From Paraspadella gotoi (Eukaryota > Animalia > Chaetognatha), in assembly GCA_051294375.1 (NCBI GenBank), contig CM119268.1:17885562-17949561 (forward strand): DNA of 64,000 bases, written 5' to 3'. The notes beneath the pieces were generated by a model that did not search any database, had not been told where the DNA came from, and worked only from the letters and a program-made list of their open reading frames with translations. Shown here piece after piece: positions 62,088-64,000 of this stretch (position 1 is the first letter of the stretch; each line of letters begins with the position of its first letter). A program made the translations under genes and the position numbers.

Positions 62088-62585
62088 TAGTTCTCTCAAA
62101 AAAATGTTTTTTTCCTACGATTTTCAATGCAACTTTTTTAATTAGTTTATTAGGTTGTTATATAGTAACTTATACTAAAGCTTTTAAATATTTATTAATA
62201 TGTTACAAATTATATATTTTTTTTAATTTTAATTTTTAAAAATTAAAAAAAAATTAATAAAATTTAAAAAAAAACTTTATATAGTAAGAAAACAATTTTT
62301 AAATGCTTCTTTTCGCTTATCTATGAGATACATCTTAAAACTATTTTCAGTTTTATATTCTCTAACAATCACTTTACCATTTTTTCTGGTGGAAAGTTTT
62401 AAATTTTATTACAAATGTCGAAGTTTTTTTTCAAACCTGAGAGAGAGAGAAAGAGAGGAGAGAGAGAGAGAGAGAGAGGATTGAGAGAAGAGAGGAAGAG
62501 AGAGGACAGATGATGATAGATGGATGATAGAATATTACTAAGGCTGTTTCTCCTTATCCCGGGCGTTTTTAGGAGAGAGAGAGAG

Positions 62586-62654
<69 letters not shown>

Positions 62655-63149
62655 AGAATCAGTGATCTTTTATTTTCGTTCACACAACAAGTTTTTTACT
62701 TATTTTACTTTTATTTTAATTTTTCAATAAAAATAACTTTAGAGTGAAACATATTTCATCTATGGCAAAAACACGAATGCGACAAAATCGGATCCACATT
62801 TCAAAGAAGCCAAAACCAGAGTCAAGCGGTGCAATAAAACCTAAGAACTTTTCCACTGGGGTGGTTGTTTAACGTTTATGTTTGATCGTAGATCTTCCAG
62901 GTGTCGATGAAGAGTGAGGACTGCTTCTTCTGTGATAAAACAGTATGTAAATTTTCGGCAATTAGAATTAATCTTTAAAAGTAATTTAACCTTTCGAAGT
63001 AGTTTTTCTTTTAATTTAGAGAAACGTTACGAATGATGTTAAAAAAAAAACATTCAACCGTAACTTCACAAACCTTGTACAGAAAAAAAAACCGGATAAA
63101 AATGATAAACTATGCTTATAGGAAAACAAATTTAGATTTTCCCGACGCC

Positions 63150-63930
63150 ATGACATCTCGCTCTGAAAATTGTGATCAAAGTCGTTCTACTTTTAAAAAT
63201 AAAACTAATCAATCAAATGATCCAGCGAAGAAATTGCCAGAGATTCCGGACGGGGGTTGGGGCTGGGCGGTCGTTTTCGGCAGCATCTTGGTTCACTGCT
63301 GTTACTCTGGGCTTCAACGTTCATCCGGCGCCTTTTTTCTCGGTTTCCGACCCACATTTCCCGAGGCGTCGAATGCTGAGTTGACTTCCATCATGTCAAT
63401 GTCGCTCGCCTTGTCTCTTTTCCTCTCGCCTTTCTCGGCGGCACTCATGCAGCGCGGTTTCTCAGCGAGGCAACTTATCTTTGCCTCTGGGGTTGTTGCT
63501 GCTGCAGGTGGAATCGTTGCGGCTTTTACGGAATCGATTGACGGATTGAGGTAATCGTAGATTTTGACAATATGTATTCGAATAATCAACTTGGTTACTA
63601 ATTGACAAAATATAACAGTCAACAATTATTTCTTTTTAACACTACAGAGCTGTTTTCACCATATTCTACGGTATCACTGGCGCCTTCACTTACATTCCCA
63701 CGATCACGCTCGTTGGCCACTATTTCGAACGGCGCCGCGCTCTGGCGATGGCTCTGTCTCTCACTGGCACCGGAATCGGTGGCCTCGCGTTTCCTCCTCT
63801 CGTCATTCTCATGATCGATGAATATTCTTTATTCGGAGCTTTCATTATTATCGGCGGCGTCATGCTTCACATCTGTCCTGGCGGGATGCTGCATCGCCCA
63901 TTGCAAAAAATCACCCCTCCAACTTCCGAG
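63150..63930 (+). CDS. Monocarboxylate transporter (SLC16/MCT, MFS) 5' part; exons 63150-63550 and 63648-63930, continues beyond the window
   Basis: PDGGWGWAVV TM1 signature, YFERRRALAMALSLTGTGIG motif and LHRP after TM6. The GT-AG intron 63551-63647 is in phase 2. Confidence 0.92.
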
Positions 63931-64000
63931 GTCCGGAAAATTTAAATTAAACAGTAATCGTTTTGCTTTGACTTTAATTTTTCCTTCAGCAAAATAAAGC

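Overview
Eukaryotic (invertebrate metazoan-like) draft-assembly scaffold with GT-AG introns, GC-rich exons, AT-rich spacers, abundant (GA)n/(GAC)n microsatellites and six N-gaps. Genes I can reconstruct: a 4-EF-hand Ca2+-binding protein (-); a ribosomal protein L4 (uL4) gene whose last large exon continues for ~950 extra residues carrying six copies of a conserved 23-aa motif (-); a mitochondrial-clan cytochrome P450 (+, plus an error-rich partial duplicate); a CCDC81-like gene apparently lacking the N-terminal HU domains (-); two tandem intronless coiled-coil/vWA/alpha-kinase genes, the first with intact catalytic motifs and the second a predicted pseudokinase with a degenerate vWA (+); and the 5' part of an SLC16/MCT transporter (+). 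Non-coding elements: two ~610-bp foldback MITEs with 8-bp TSDs and a shared TAAGGCG terminus, Penelope-type minimal hammerhead ribozyme motifs, a HINE/Helentron-like element, tRNA-derived fragments and a perfect 102-bp inverted repeat. Two large tandem duplications (~2.9 kb and ~7.4 kb) look like assembly artefacts. The best candidates for novel biology are the alpha-kinase/pseudokinase pair and the giant repeat-bearing uL4 variant. All protein identifications come from recalled motifs; no database searches were run.
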